A stretch of 59,962 nt of DNA, filler included, from Ionaspis alba (Eukaryota), in the NCBI GenBank assembly GCA_964255285.1. It is 4 parts of 4 records of this genome, joined end to end, with 100 filler letters (N's around TTAATTAATTAA, not from the genome) between each part and the next. Parts side by side here need not be neighbours in the genome. Positions count along the whole stretch, not along the records: positions 1 to 14,935 come from CAXUUL010000393.1; positions 15,036 to 29,969 come from CAXUUL010000394.1; 2 more parts are not named here. One strand, 5' to 3'. The notes beneath the pieces are model-generated. The model had not been told where the DNA came from. It made no database searches and was given only the letters and a program-made list of their open reading frames with translations. This document shows, in pieces, positions 12,340 to 25,608 of the stretch. Every line of letters begins with the position of its first letter. The first letter of the stretch is position 1. A program made the translations under genes and the position numbers.

Positions 12340-12349
12340 CCGTTGTCGG
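12340..12349. promoter_or_regulatory. Putative Leu3/LeuB binding site CCG-N4-CGG
   Basis: CCGTTGTCGG lies about 115 bp upstream of the LEU4 ATG and matches the Leu3/LeuB consensus. Confidence 0.55.
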
Positions 12350-12464
12350 CATTCTTGTCATTCCTACTATAACTACAATTTTGCGGCGAACACCTTTGGA
12401 TCAGCTTGCAAAGCCTTCGAAACAATTTTGATCATTTTTTTACTGTCAAAGGAGACGGGCCAAT

Positions 12465-14559
<2,095 letters not shown>

Positions 14560-14644
14560 CCACAGTTGAATAGAAAAGCAATTGGAGTGATGATTGTATT
14601 GTACTGGTTGACTTTGATGATAAGCAAATCCTGACCCTCATCCT

Positions 14645-14935
14645 TCAAGCACGTTTTGATTTCTGCTTTGACGTGCCATCTTTATGGATATGTATGGTAT
14701 CAACCCTTTTATCCTGAGCGTCTTTTAGTCGGACCGAGACAACGTCCTCCGGATCATCTTTATCGTCGGTTGACTTGTGGGGACGGCCCCTGAATCCTTG
14801 ATGGTTATTCTGATGCTGTACATACACCTGTCTCTGAGATGACTCACTTGATTTCTGCTTTGGTGATCTTCGGATTCTAGATCTGGATGTTAGTATTGCA
14901 GCCTGCCTTCGTGTCAAAGATATAGAAAGACAAAC
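14645..14935 (-). CDS. Small hypothetical protein, 5' end lost at scaffold edge
   Basis: Two recognisable introns (CTAAC...TAG; GTGAGT...CAG) give ...NPKITKAEIKGRPHKSTDDKDDPEDVVSVRLKDAQDKRVDTIHIHKDGTSKQKSKRA-stop. Confidence 0.55.
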   Translation of the reverse strand, partial: VCLSISLTRRQAAILTSRSRIRRSPKQKSSESSQRQVYVQHQNNHQGFRGRPHKSTDDKDDPEDVVSVRLKDAQDKRVDTIHIHKDGTSKQKSKRA

Positions 14936-15035
14936 NNNNNNNNNNNNNNNNNNNNNNNNNNNNNNNNNNNNNNNNNNNNTTAATTAATTAANNNNNNNNN
15001 NNNNNNNNNNNNNNNNNNNNNNNNNNNNNNNNNNN
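14936..15035. other. Artificial scaffold-joining linker
   Basis: N44 + TTAATTAATTAA (stops in all six frames) + N44. Confidence 0.97.
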
Positions 15036-15096
15036 ACTTCAAGCGTCACTTTCCCCAGTTCCACCTCTACTATTCCCCCTTGCGGTGGCACTCAAA

Positions 15097-15978
15097 ATGC
15101 TCGCCCCAGCCCGCCGTATCCCGTCACTCGTCCTCCGCCTTCACTCATCCCCCTTTGCCTCCCGCTCCTACGCCACAGCCGACCGGACCTCCGATCGAGT
15201 AGCAACGAACGACCCAAACCCCGTCAATCCAGCCCAAAACGTTTCCGAGACCAATGCGCTCCCAGTGAGCGCGGAGGGCAAGCGCGATGCTCCGTTGCAA
15301 GAAATGCCCGAAGACGCGGAATACCAGCGGCAGATGCAGGCGCCAAATCGGCGGTCAATCTGGAGTCGGAGCCAGGCCCCAAGGAGTCAGGCGATGAGTG
15401 GGCCGAGGTTTGAGCAGACGATTATGGAGATGCAGGTAGGTGCTTGAGAATTGGAGGATAGTAATCTGCTAGATGCTGGAAGTGGTCGATGGACTTTGTG
15501 TGCCTATTGTTTGTGAAGATGTGGGGCAGGACATGCAGTCCTGGAGCATGCTTCAATACGGCCTTGAAGTTCTACATACGTTGGCTAACCGTTTTGACTC
15601 ATAGCCGCAACCATATGCAGCAATCGATCTCATCCACAAGCAACCTGTCAGATGGACGGACGAGAGGGTGGTTTCTTGCGATGGAGGAGGAGGACCGCTA
15701 GGACATCCCAGGATATTCATCAACGTCGACAAGCCACAAATCAATATGTGCACTTATTGCGGACTCCCCTTTGTAAGTCATGTTGGGCTGTATCTCGCGG
15801 CTACGCCGAGGTTATGCCAGTGGTCAAAGGCTAACAAAAGACACGATAGGCACACAACCATCACCGGAAACACCTTGAAAGCTTGCCATCCACACCCTAC
15901 CCTCTCGAACCTACAAATGATCCTGCAGAAGTCAACGAAGCACAACGGCTGACGGATGAGCCATTCTCACAACGATGA
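15097..15978 (+). CDS. NDUFS6: NADH:ubiquinone oxidoreductase zinc-finger subunit (NDUFS6 / 18.4 kDa, zf-CHCC)
   Basis: Mitochondrial-type presequence, QAPNR..WSRSQ.PR, VSCDGGGGPLGHPRIFINVDKP...CTYCGLPF. Introns 15436-15604 and 15773-15849. Confidence 0.93.
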
Positions 15979-16136
15979 GAAAGGTGGAACAACTTGAAGA
16001 GACTGGCACTCTTAATTTGAGACCGGCGTTCATTGTATATAGCTATATATGGGGTTTCATAAGCTAAGCAAGAATTTACGGCACGCTACCCAAGTTTCTC
16101 TTCCACAAGAATTTACGCACCACATCCTTCAAGCCT

Positions 16137-16959
16137 TCACCCGCTGGCCTGAATCCAAGCCTCAGCATAAGCTATATCTGCCCTGACGCCGGCCCTCCTT
16201 CTCTCATTAGCTTGCTGCTTACCCAGCAACTCTTTTCGTTCTCTCCTCCACTCCGCAACAACCCTCTGATACTCTTCCCTCTTTCCCCATACATTCAGCA
16301 CTTCCTCCAAGACTTGTTCCCTACCAGCAGCAACATCTTCGCTGACACCTTCTGCCTCAATACGACTCGGCACCCACTCCTCCACAAACCACCTGTAGAC
16401 CTCTCTCTGTGCCATTCTCTTCCGATCATTTGCTTTCAAATCCTTGCGCACATAGACTCCCGGTCTAAAGAATCTCATACCAGCCACATACACCGCCATC
16501 TCCTCCTTCCTGCCAAAAACGCGCCAATATCGATTCTTATCAAGTTCCAAAAAACCAAGAACCTCGTCCGGCGAGGCTGTCAAGAACAGCATACTCTTCT
16601 TCCGATCTAGTCCCTCGATCTCAGCAATTCGCAAATATAGGCCAGTGTCTGTGGCCGTCAGTCCGGCGGCACGCAGGGAGGTGCCGATGATGTTCCACAG
16701 GTCGCCATGGGCATGGTGGAAGAGTTCCCAGTGGAAGGTTTCAGATGGGCAGACGTGAATGTCTAGCTGTATGTAGTCGTTTGGGGAACCAGGGTACGGA
16801 ACGGCATAGGACGTGGTGGCGCTCCCCGGTATTGTTATTGTGGCATGGGGTTCTAGGATTTGGGAAACGAGGGCGGGGGTCGTGGTTGCGCGTGGGGAGG
16901 CAACCAGGATATCCAGATCACCATGGGTAACCTTGCCGGGAGCGGGAAGCGGGGAAGAG
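16137..16959 (-). CDS. Uncharacterised nucleotidyltransferase-fold (Pol beta/X-like) protein, 5' end in gap
   Basis: The frame from the gap reads PAPGKVTHGDLDILV...YIQLDIHVC...HAHGDLWNIIG...GLYLRI...LFLTASPDEVLGFLELD and continues to the stop at 16137. Confidence 0.7.
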
Positions 16960-18252
16960 NNNNNNNNNNNNNNNNNNNNNNNNNNNNNNNNNNNNNNNNN
17001 NNNNNNNNNNNNNNNNNNNNNNNNNNNNNNNNNNNNNNNNNNNNNNNNNNNNNNNNNNNGTGCATGTACCTTACTTTGTTGCGATCAATAGAGAGTCTCC
17101 CAGCAATCAAAAGTCGCGAAAAGAATTCTTCAGATCGAACCTATGCATGAGTGCAGAGCATGTTGGGCCGTGCCAGCTCAGTACATGCACAGCAACAACG
17201 GGATCCTACAGATCCTCACAGCTATACCACCAAATCAAGACCCTAAGCGCATTCGACAGGAAGAACATCCCGATCACAAAAAAACGTACTAGCCTGCAGA
17301 AGACACTACATACGCATTGGGAGCACCAAGTGGCTCTATCGATTGTGCATCGCAAGCAGATATTGGAGTGAGATGCCGAAGTATTCTGTTCTTTTGAGAG
17401 GAGGAAGCCTTCTCATCACGATCTCCTGCTGCATATCAGATGACGGAGGGTTATGAACCAGGCTACTTTTTGCGGCGGATATGGTACAGCCTATTCGTAG
17501 TCCCACGGCTAGCATATCGATGCAGCCGGGTTGAACTGCAGTCGAGCAGTTGGTGGCTCGACCTTACGGCTCAACGACTCATCGGTGCATAAAGGTTGCG
17601 TATGTTGCCTCAGATCAGCCTACTATGGAGCACTTCGTAAGTCTCGTATGACCACGGGGCTATGAGAAAGTACCTCGTCTATCTCGTGGCGTGAGATACG
17701 AATCCGTATGAAATGTCTGCCTTGGGACATGCTGCTCCGATTTTGCCAGGATGCAGGTCACACCTGCGATCCGCAATTGCTAGGATTGTTGGTGGCGCCA
17801 TTATTACCCAGAAGGGTCGTCGGCTCCCGACTTGACCGGTGGAAGAGCTTGCGCCGTGCTAAACTCAACCAAACGACTGGGGGCTGATATTGCATAGCCC
17901 GGGCGCACGCATGCCTGGTTCGGAGTAAGCCTGCATTGTGTCATGCAGATTCGGCTCCGTCTGTACTGATGTCTATAAAAGGGATATATATCAACCTGAG
18001 TTTTCGTTGTCCTGTTTGCGCTGCCTTACCCGTCCATGTTTCCCTTAGACATATTGTACAGTCCATGATTTGTTTGCCTCTTCGTCGGGGACAGCGAGCC
18101 CTCCCGAGCGGAAGTCTGTAGTCATGCAGGTCGCCACCTTCAGCTTCGAAATCAAATTTGTGGATTCACAAGGCATGGATTTCTTCAGCTGTGTAGCCGT
18201 CATGGGAGCCTAGCGAAGGGATTACGCAACAACCAGGCGGCCTTCTTGACAC

Positions 18253-18273
18253 ATGACTCATTGCTGTATATAA
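18253..18273 (+). promoter_or_regulatory. Gcn4/CpcA (AP-1) consensus site followed by a TATA box
   Basis: ATGACTCAT at 18253-18261 and TATATAA at 18267-18273, about 270 bp upstream of the BCS1-like ATG. Confidence 0.4.
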
Positions 18274-18530
18274 TTCCCGTTACATCCTTAGCCGCAAGCG
18301 ATAGCGGTAGAGCCGCATAAGAACTCTCTACAGCTAAGTTGAAAGCGAGACTGGATATTGCCTGAGGGCTTCATTCACTGTACATATTGTTTGCTCTTTA
18401 CATAGTCTGGTTTTACTGTGAATTTCCTGTCTTTTCACTTGTCTTCATCTTGTCAAATAAGTGTCTATTGCCATAAAAAGAGGGGCCACTGCACACATTA
18501 CTCCCAAGACCAACTAAGAGCAGACCAAAT

Positions 18531-20321
18531 ATGAGCTTCAAATCCCTACCACAGATGCCCTCTACGGGCGAAAACGGCACTGGGAGCATTACTCAGCTAC
18601 CGGCCAATATTCTTGAGGCCTTCATCCCAGGATACTCCATAATATCCCGATTTCTACTCGAAGTCCTCGGTTTCGATATTACCGTCGTTGTGTCCGTCTG
18701 TTTTCTCATCTTTGGTCTAGCGACTTCGCTAAAATATCTCTACACTCATGCCTACGACCAGTTCAAGACCTTCTTCATGAGCTTCATCAGCATTGAGTCT
18801 GACGACGACATTTACGAGCACGTCATGGACTGGTTGGGAGAACAGCAGGTTTCGCAGAAAGCACAAGCTCTGATGGCCAGAACTGGCCATTATTCGTGGG
18901 ACGCAGATAATGCTGATGGAGATATGGACGACGGCGATGCTGATGAAGGAACCTATCTGAATTTCAGCAACTGGGACGCCAAAATACCTCCCAAATATCA
19001 ACCTTACTTTGGAAAGCATAGGTTCTGGCACAAGGGTAGATACTTCGAGCTGAGGAGGGAGACCAAGCAGCTTATGATGAGCACGGGCTGGGGTAACATG
19101 TTAAGGGATGAGGAGACTATCCGTTTGACTTGCATTGGGCGATCAACCCAACCAATCAAGGAGCTTATCAAGGAGTGTCAGAATCGCTATTTTGACAAGA
19201 AGTCTTCAAGAACAATCGTTCGAAGGCCAGCGACAAAGGAGATACGGTCGCGAGGTCGTAATCCCTGGACCAAAGTCGCTACTCGTCCTTCCAGACCAAT
19301 GAACACCGTCGTCCTCGAGCACGACCAGAAGGAACAGGTCTTGGCCGACATCAACGAATATCTCCATCCTGCGAGCCCCAGATGGTACGCCAATCGTGGT
19401 ATACCTTACCGGCGTGGATACCTCTTCCATGGTCCACCAGGTACAGGGAAAACGTCTCTTTCTTTCGCAATCGCTGGTATATTTGGATTGGACATCTACC
19501 TGGTGTCGCTCCTAGAGCCCACGTTGACCGAGGAAGATTTGGGACTGCTCTTCAACAATCTCCCTCGCCGCTGCGTTGTCCTTCTTGAAGACATTGATAG
19601 CGCGGGCCTGATCCGCCGCGACAACCTCCCCGAAACCACTGATCCATCACAGGATCTCAAAGACGCCAATACCCACATTGGTGTTGAAATCGCGAAAGCT
19701 TTCAAGTCTGTTCAGGACAAGAGCGATAAGAACAACAAAAACAACCAAGGAATCTCTCTTTCAGGGTTACTGAATGCAATCGACGGGGTGGCTTCTCATG
19801 AAGGTCGTGTCCTTGTCATGACAACCAATCATCCGGAAAAACTCGATGACGCCCTCATCCGCCCTGGTCGTGTCGATATGAAGGTCGGCTTCACGATGGC
19901 ATCTCACTCCCAGATCCGCGAGCTCTTCGAACGCATGTACAGCGCCGAGTCCAGCCGTATGGACTCTCCGTCCAAAACCGGTGGTGCTCACGCTCAGGAC
20001 GCCCAGCAGGCGCTGATCTCCACCCAACCCGTTGTGGTTGGCAAGCTGACTAACGGTAACGCCAAGTTACCAAATGGCACGGCGAGCCGCACACCCAGAT
20101 CAAGCACCTTTGACAAGAAATCCTTGACGAGACCGCTAGAGGATATCGCAAAAGACTTTGCAGATTGCCTGCCTGATGGTATTTTCACACCGGCTGAAAT
20201 CCAGGGTTTCTTACTAACGCAGAAGAAAGAGCCAGAAAAGGCGTTGAAGGAGGTCGGCGCCTGGAGAGACAAGACGTTGGAGGCCAAGGCGGCCAAGAGC
20301 AAGGGTATGGCTTCTCAGTGA
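18531..20321 (+). CDS. BCS1-like AAA ATPase
   Basis: Intronless 596 aa. N-terminal TM helix, BCS1_N-like region, WYANRGIPYRRGYLFHGPPGTGKTS (Walker A), VLLEDID (Walker B), SLSGLLNAIDG, MTTN, ALIRPGRVD, FTPAEIQG. Confidence 0.93.
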   Translation: MSFKSLPQMPSTGENGTGSITQLPANILEAFIPGYSIISRFLLEVLGFDITVVVSVCFLIFGLATSLKYLYTHAYDQFKTFFMSFISIESDDDIYEHVMDWLGEQQVSQKAQALMARTGHYSWDADNADGDMDDGDADEGTYLNFSNWDAKIPPKYQPYFGKHRFWHKGRYFELRRETKQLMMSTGWGNMLRDEETIRLTCIGRSTQPIKELIKECQNRYFDKKSSRTIVRRPATKEIRSRGRNPWTKVATRPSRPMNTVVLEHDQKEQVLADINEYLHPASPRWYANRGIPYRRGYLFHGPPGTGKTSLSFAIAGIFGLDIYLVSLLEPTLTEEDLGLLFNNLPRRCVVLLEDIDSAGLIRRDNLPETTDPSQDLKDANTHIGVEIAKAFKSVQDKSDKNNKNNQGISLSGLLNAIDGVASHEGRVLVMTTNHPEKLDDALIRPGRVDMKVGFTMASHSQIRELFERMYSAESSRMDSPSKTGGAHAQDAQQALISTQPVVVGKLTNGNAKLPNGTASRTPRSSTFDKKSLTRPLEDIAKDFADCLPDGIFTPAEIQGFLLTQKKEPEKALKEVGAWRDKTLEAKAAKSKGMASQ

Positions 20322-20992
20322 GGTCGAGTGGAGGTTTAGTGGAATTTTCGAAAGGTTTGGATGAAGGTGCCCGACCGTAGGGCCGGAAATTGATATTAAA
20401 TTGAATGGGACAATAGACAGGGATATCAAGATATACGACGATCTCAATGTGCAAACTATATACAGGTCGACACGAATAACAAAGAGAAATAAGGAAATAC
20501 GGGAGGGCGTTTGGTTTTCATGGGTGCATAGAAATGGGGCTCGCGCGGCATACTGGCTTGACAGTGCATCAAAACTAGATTGTTAATAGCCTTGGTTGAG
20601 AAACTGGCGCTTAGGAAATGAATCTATCAGCTTGGTGGAGCGAACAAAACCACTCGGGGTGTAGATTATCCAACTTGTTCCTCTGGTCTTTACTATACGG
20701 ACATAGCTAACGCACGACAAGCGCTCTTTGTACAAAAATGAAATCCATGATCTAGAATAGTGAAAAAGAAGTGAGAGTCATGTATGATCGAGACATCCTC
20801 CAAGACAATAAGTGTCAAGCAGTATCGAGCTTCATTAGTATTGGTTACTATCATGATCTATCGTGTAAACTCATTGCACCTTAAGCCCTAAGNNNNNNNN
20901 NNNNNNNNNNNNNNNNNNNNNNNNNNNNNNNNNNNNNNNNNNNNNNNNNNNNNNNNNNNNNNNNNNNNNNNNNNNNNNNNNNNNNNNNNNNN

Positions 20993-21345
20993 GTCTGATC
21001 TGGTACCTGCTGAGGATTTGGAAGGTCGAAGGATATATGCTCGAATAGATCCGGGATTAGTTGATACATTGATTGAATAGTATCGGAAGCTTGAGGGGGG
21101 GCCGGTGGTGCAACAGAGGGTGTCGCGGGTTTCCCAGCGTGACCGTGAGGCTTAGGGACCCCATTGGAGTGTGGCTGTGCGTGCCCGTCTCCACCGAGTC
21201 CACCACCACCGTGCCCGCCCTTGCCGTGCCTCCCGCCGCCGCCATGTCCGCTGCGAGCATCGCGAACTTCCAGATGTGGCGCTGCCACAGCAAGACTCGC
21301 TGAGCCAAGAATTGTAGTTAGAAGGACGACGCCTAGACCCTTCAT
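20993..21345 (-). CDS. Secreted Gly/His/Pro-rich protein, 3' end in gap
   Basis: Signal peptide MKGLGVVLLTTILGSASLAVAAP, then GHGGGGRHGKGGHGGGG...; the frame is open up to the N gap. Confidence 0.6.
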
Positions 21346-21815
21346 GACGACTAGTGAATCTGGAAATCTTGAAATCTGGAAATGTATTTGAATCCGGTAT
21401 GTGTGTAGAGAATGCAACGAGATGAACACTGTGCCAGACAGCTTAGAGAAGAAAGGAAATGATTGCAGTGCAGAAAATGATAAACAAGCACATCGCGAAC
21501 CATATATACCTCTTCCTGCGCGGCTTGCAGAAGCCAACTCAAAACTTGCTTATCAAACAGACAATAACTTGAGTTAGAATGCGGGAGGCGGGTAAAATCC
21601 TAGCGGCGTGCAGACGAAAGTTCGGAAAGTCGGTCCGTCTTCTGCGCCGTATGACCAATGCGCATCAGCCGCAATTAGATATCGTGATGACCAGCTGCCC
21701 TCAAATCCGGTCCGCGCGCAAAAGAACCTCAGCGAATGATGATTTTCCTATGTTTGAAAGGAAACCCTGAATGGAAGGATGAGCTACCCAATGATCAAGG
21801 AACCTAAATCGGTCG

Positions 21816-24800
21816 TTACAGAATTGCATCTATGATCGCACCCTTGATCATGCTTCTGATACTAAAATGATTCACCGGTCGTGAATTCGTAGGCTGTTGT
21901 AGATGATTCGGCAGTGGTTCGACTCTCGTCAGTGGTTCAACCTTTCCCAGTGGTTCGACTTTCGCCAGTGGTACGTCTTCCGTTGGAGATGGTATTTTTT
22001 GGGGCGCAGTAATATCCAGTATTTTCCGGCGTATGAGGAATTCCGTAAGATTTGGAACATTGTGCTTCTGAGCGAGAGAGTGCAGCGTATCACCGTATGC
22101 GTCCGGGACGTCATCAATCAACGGGGCATTGTCTAGGAGGAGTTGGATAACTGGCAGGTAGTTGCACCGCCATGGCTTGTTAGCGGTATTAGCCAAACCA
22201 TAGGCTCCTATTGCATAATGCGACGCCATCCGATTTATGTAGTCCTTCTTGAACCTTTCGGCGCCGTGTTTGAGCAGGAGTTTAGTCATTGGCAAGATCT
22301 CCCATACCAACTCGTGGTTCTCTCGGTATTGCACAATCTCCATCAGTGGAGTACTCTTGAAATCGTTTCCAGCATTGACATGGGCCCGTGCGCGAATCAG
22401 GATTTCTGCCATTTCTACGTAACCATAACGGCAGGCATAGTGCAATGGAGTGTTTCGCAAATTGTCTTCCACTCTGACACTGAAACCGGACTCGATCAGC
22501 AGAGACAGCAATCGCTTGTTTGGTGTCCGTACAGCCAAGTGAACTGGCGATTTCGTCCAGAGCAATCCGTTGGCTACCTTTCTGAATACCTTGCCGTGTT
22601 TGAGAAGGAACATAATGGACTTTTCGAAAACCGCTGCGGCATCACTGCCTTCCTCAACTGCGCAATATGCATCCAGAAGTTTATTAAACACCGTCAGACC
22701 GGAGGAGTCTTCTTGATCAATCGGAATACCGGCTGCCAGGAGGATATTCAATGTCCCTTCGTTGCATTGAACAGCGGCGCCATATAGAGCATCGCAGTCT
22801 CTATCCTGGACATCTCGATCAGAGGTGCTGGTAATCGGGGCAGACGTACGATTTCCTACAGGCGAAAGACTTTTGCGCCTCGTGCCTTTCTTTTCTGGAT
22901 TTAGTTTGTCATTTTCGTCCACGAGGAGCTGGGGAAGAAGTATTTGCCACTTTGGTTCATGAATATCGGAAGATAGTAGATCTCCCTCTTCTGCTTGATG
23001 ATACCCAGTAGTAAGGTCTGGAAGTGACACAACTCTTTTGGCTTCTGCGGTTATGGGTATTGCTAGCTGTTCTTTTGCGCCTCCAATCTTGTTGTCGGTC
23101 GAGCTCGAGTTCAAGGCACAGGGAGGCAATGCAGGCTTCCAAGACGGACGAGGGGGAAACTCGTGAAGAGCTTTAGGGGAGGAGCGATCTTTCTCAGGCT
23201 CTTCGGTTTGAGGCAATGCATGCTTCCAAGATGTACGAGGAGGGAGATACTCGTGAAGAGCTTTAGGGGAGGAGCGATCTTTCTCAGGCTCTTCGGTTTG
23301 AGGCAATGCATGCTTCCAAGATGTACGAGGAGGGAGATACTCGTGAAGAGCTTTAAGGGAGGAGCGATCCTTCTCAGGCTCTTTGATTTGAGGAAAGACA
23401 CGTCGATGAAGACTTGTTGCATTTGGACCTAGTCCTTTGTTCTGAGGCTGGTCCTTGACCGGTGTTGATAAGTCCAAGGTCCATAAAGAGTCCCTAATTT
23501 TATTCGGCACTGCAGGAGATCCAGCCAATGCAGTTATTGGGCTTGGAAAGTTGACGTCCGGCAATAACGAGTCCCATGGCTTGTTCGGGGCTACTCGAGG
23601 GGTCCCAGACGATGTGTTTGATGGGTTGGGCTCTATTATTCTCGGTATGTTAGTCGCTGTATTGTCCGACGTCTGCTCCTTTGGTCGAGGTGGCGTTGAT
23701 AGCCTTCTTGCGGAGGAACGAGGCGGCGCCGGCTCTGCTCTCAAGGTAGGAGCTATCGGTACACCCAGCGCCTGAGGTGAGGATGCCGTCTTGAGATGAC
23801 GTCTTTGCTTTCGAGATGCCAATATGTCCCTAGGCTCTAGAAATGGAGATGGTGAAGGCATTTTAGGACTGGAGGGCTCTACCTTCAGCGTCTCTTTCTG
23901 CTCAACGGTACTTTCCTTTGCATCGCCAGTCTTTGGCTTACTAGTCGAACGCCTCGGATTGGATATCGATGTGGGCTTTTTTGTAACCGAGTCGCGTACT
24001 TTCTCCTCCGTTGCCGTATTTGACGCTTCTAAATCTGAAAGTGCTAGATCAGAAGCTAAAGTCGCGGTCGGTGAAACATCAGGGCTGCCTCTCACAATCC
24101 ACGACTCTTTCAAGGCAACATCAACCTTTGGACGGTTCCGCGGTTGAACTGCCATCAGACCTCTGATGAAAGCACCTCCGTCTGAACTTATCTGCTGGGC
24201 GTGGAGAAGATCAAGCGGAAATGGAATTGTAGATCGGCAATATGAGCCAAGTGCATTGACTGAGAAGGGCACAGCTCCTACAACGAGCTGAAACAATATA
24301 CAACCAAGGCTCCACACATCCACAGCAGTTATAACTGTATCATTGGGCTCGATATCAATCAGTCCACGTATCTCGGGTGCCATGTAGTCCCAAGTGCCCA
24401 CCACAGTGTTCTGAAGGCTTTGACCGTCGAGGAATCTTTTACTCCCTCCAAAGTCCCCAATCTTGACCCACCATCTAGGCGAGGGACCAAAGACAAGAAT
24501 GTTCTGTGGTTTGAGATCACGATGCGTCCATCCCAGTGCGTGTAAATTTTGCAGTCCCTCCAAAAGCTGCTGGGCGATGTCTCTGACTTCGGTCTCAGGA
24601 AGCTTCTTATCAAGGTGTCGTTGCAGATCGCCATGTGGACAATACTGCATAGCAAGGAAGACGTATTCGAGAGACTCAAACCACCCATAGAACTGCACAA
24701 AGTACCTGTCGGCCTGTTTGTGCATTGTCAGCCAGGACACTTCTCTGAAAGTTACGCGGTCAGACAGACCTTGGACAGCCGGCTGAGGGCCAGTAGCTCC

Positions 24801-25066
24801 CTGTCATAGTCTATCGGGAGATCCTTCTTCTTGATCTGCTTCACTGCTCTTGATTTTCCCTTCGAATGCCGCTCGTGCTCGAGCCAAACGGTGCCAAATG
24901 TTCCATCGCCAATTTCTTGGATTCTTGTCCATTCCTTGACGATCCTGACGTTGCGCAAGCCCTTCTCTGGATCTGAAGTCTCGAGGATCTCCTTCGTAGA
25001 ACTGGTTACAGGATCGAAATGAGCATCCAATTTGAAGAAGCTGACAAGGTCGGACTTGAGCGCCAT
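21816..25066 (-). CDS. Ser/Thr protein kinase - disordered linker - ankyrin repeat protein
   Basis: Exon 1 has IGDGTFGTVW and AVKQI; intron 24714-24769; exon 2 has HRDLKPQNIL, KIGDFG, YMAPE and DVWSLG. C-terminal ankyrin repeats SPVHLAV, TPLHYAC, TPLMEIV. Confidence 0.92.
23124..23393. repeat. Coding tandem repeat, 90-bp unit, about 3 copies
   Basis: TCGTGAAGAGCTTTA recurs at 23161, 23251 and 23341. The repeat encodes EPEKDRSSPKALHEYLPPRTSWKHALPQTE. Confidence 0.95.
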
Positions 25067-25608
25067 TTGGCGCTGCCCTGAGACGTCCAGAGCAAAGCCT
25101 CCAAGTCTTGTACAGTCCGTTCACGCATCATACACGCCATAAAGCGTTCGAGATGAGCAAAGGTTCAACGATAGCTATTGGATCCAATCGCACATCGCGG
25201 ACAAGTGGTACCTACGATACCGACGCAGATTGAAGACCATTATCGATGTGAAGCATGCTGTAAGATATCGCATGAGACAGACCCTCAATGCGTCGAGAGC
25301 TGAAAGAGCTGCCCTAATCCTCAAAAAGTAAAGACTGTGGCGGACCCGAGTCGAGGTTCGGTGTTGCGGCCGAGGAGCGGCGGGTGGCTTGGATGGAAGA
25401 CCAAATGGGGCAGTCCAAGATTTGAATATGCCGGGAGAGAGACAACCCTTGACTGGTGGATGACTTCCTCCAAGACTTCACAGTCTCTCGCGTTGGAAAC
25501 ATAGCCTTGCCAATTAGATAATGGTATGAGAATATATTTATGCGTACCTTTATAGCACAATCAATATAGTTCTCAAGCGTACTGGATGTGTTATTCAGAT
25601 TAGGGGAA

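Noticed and set aside
14980..14991. TTAATTAATTAA palindrome as a biological element or piggyBac TTAA site
   Set aside because: It is centred in N runs three times with identical spacing, so it is a synthetic six-frame stop linker.
23124..23393. Regular repeats as a CRISPR-like array
   Set aside because: The units are contiguous, with no unique spacers, and are in frame within a eukaryotic CDS.
25400..25540. Possible hAT transposase dimerisation relic (DNP/LDWW-like) between the two kinase genes
   Set aside because: It needs frameshifts, the similarity is a few residues, and there are no terminal repeats.
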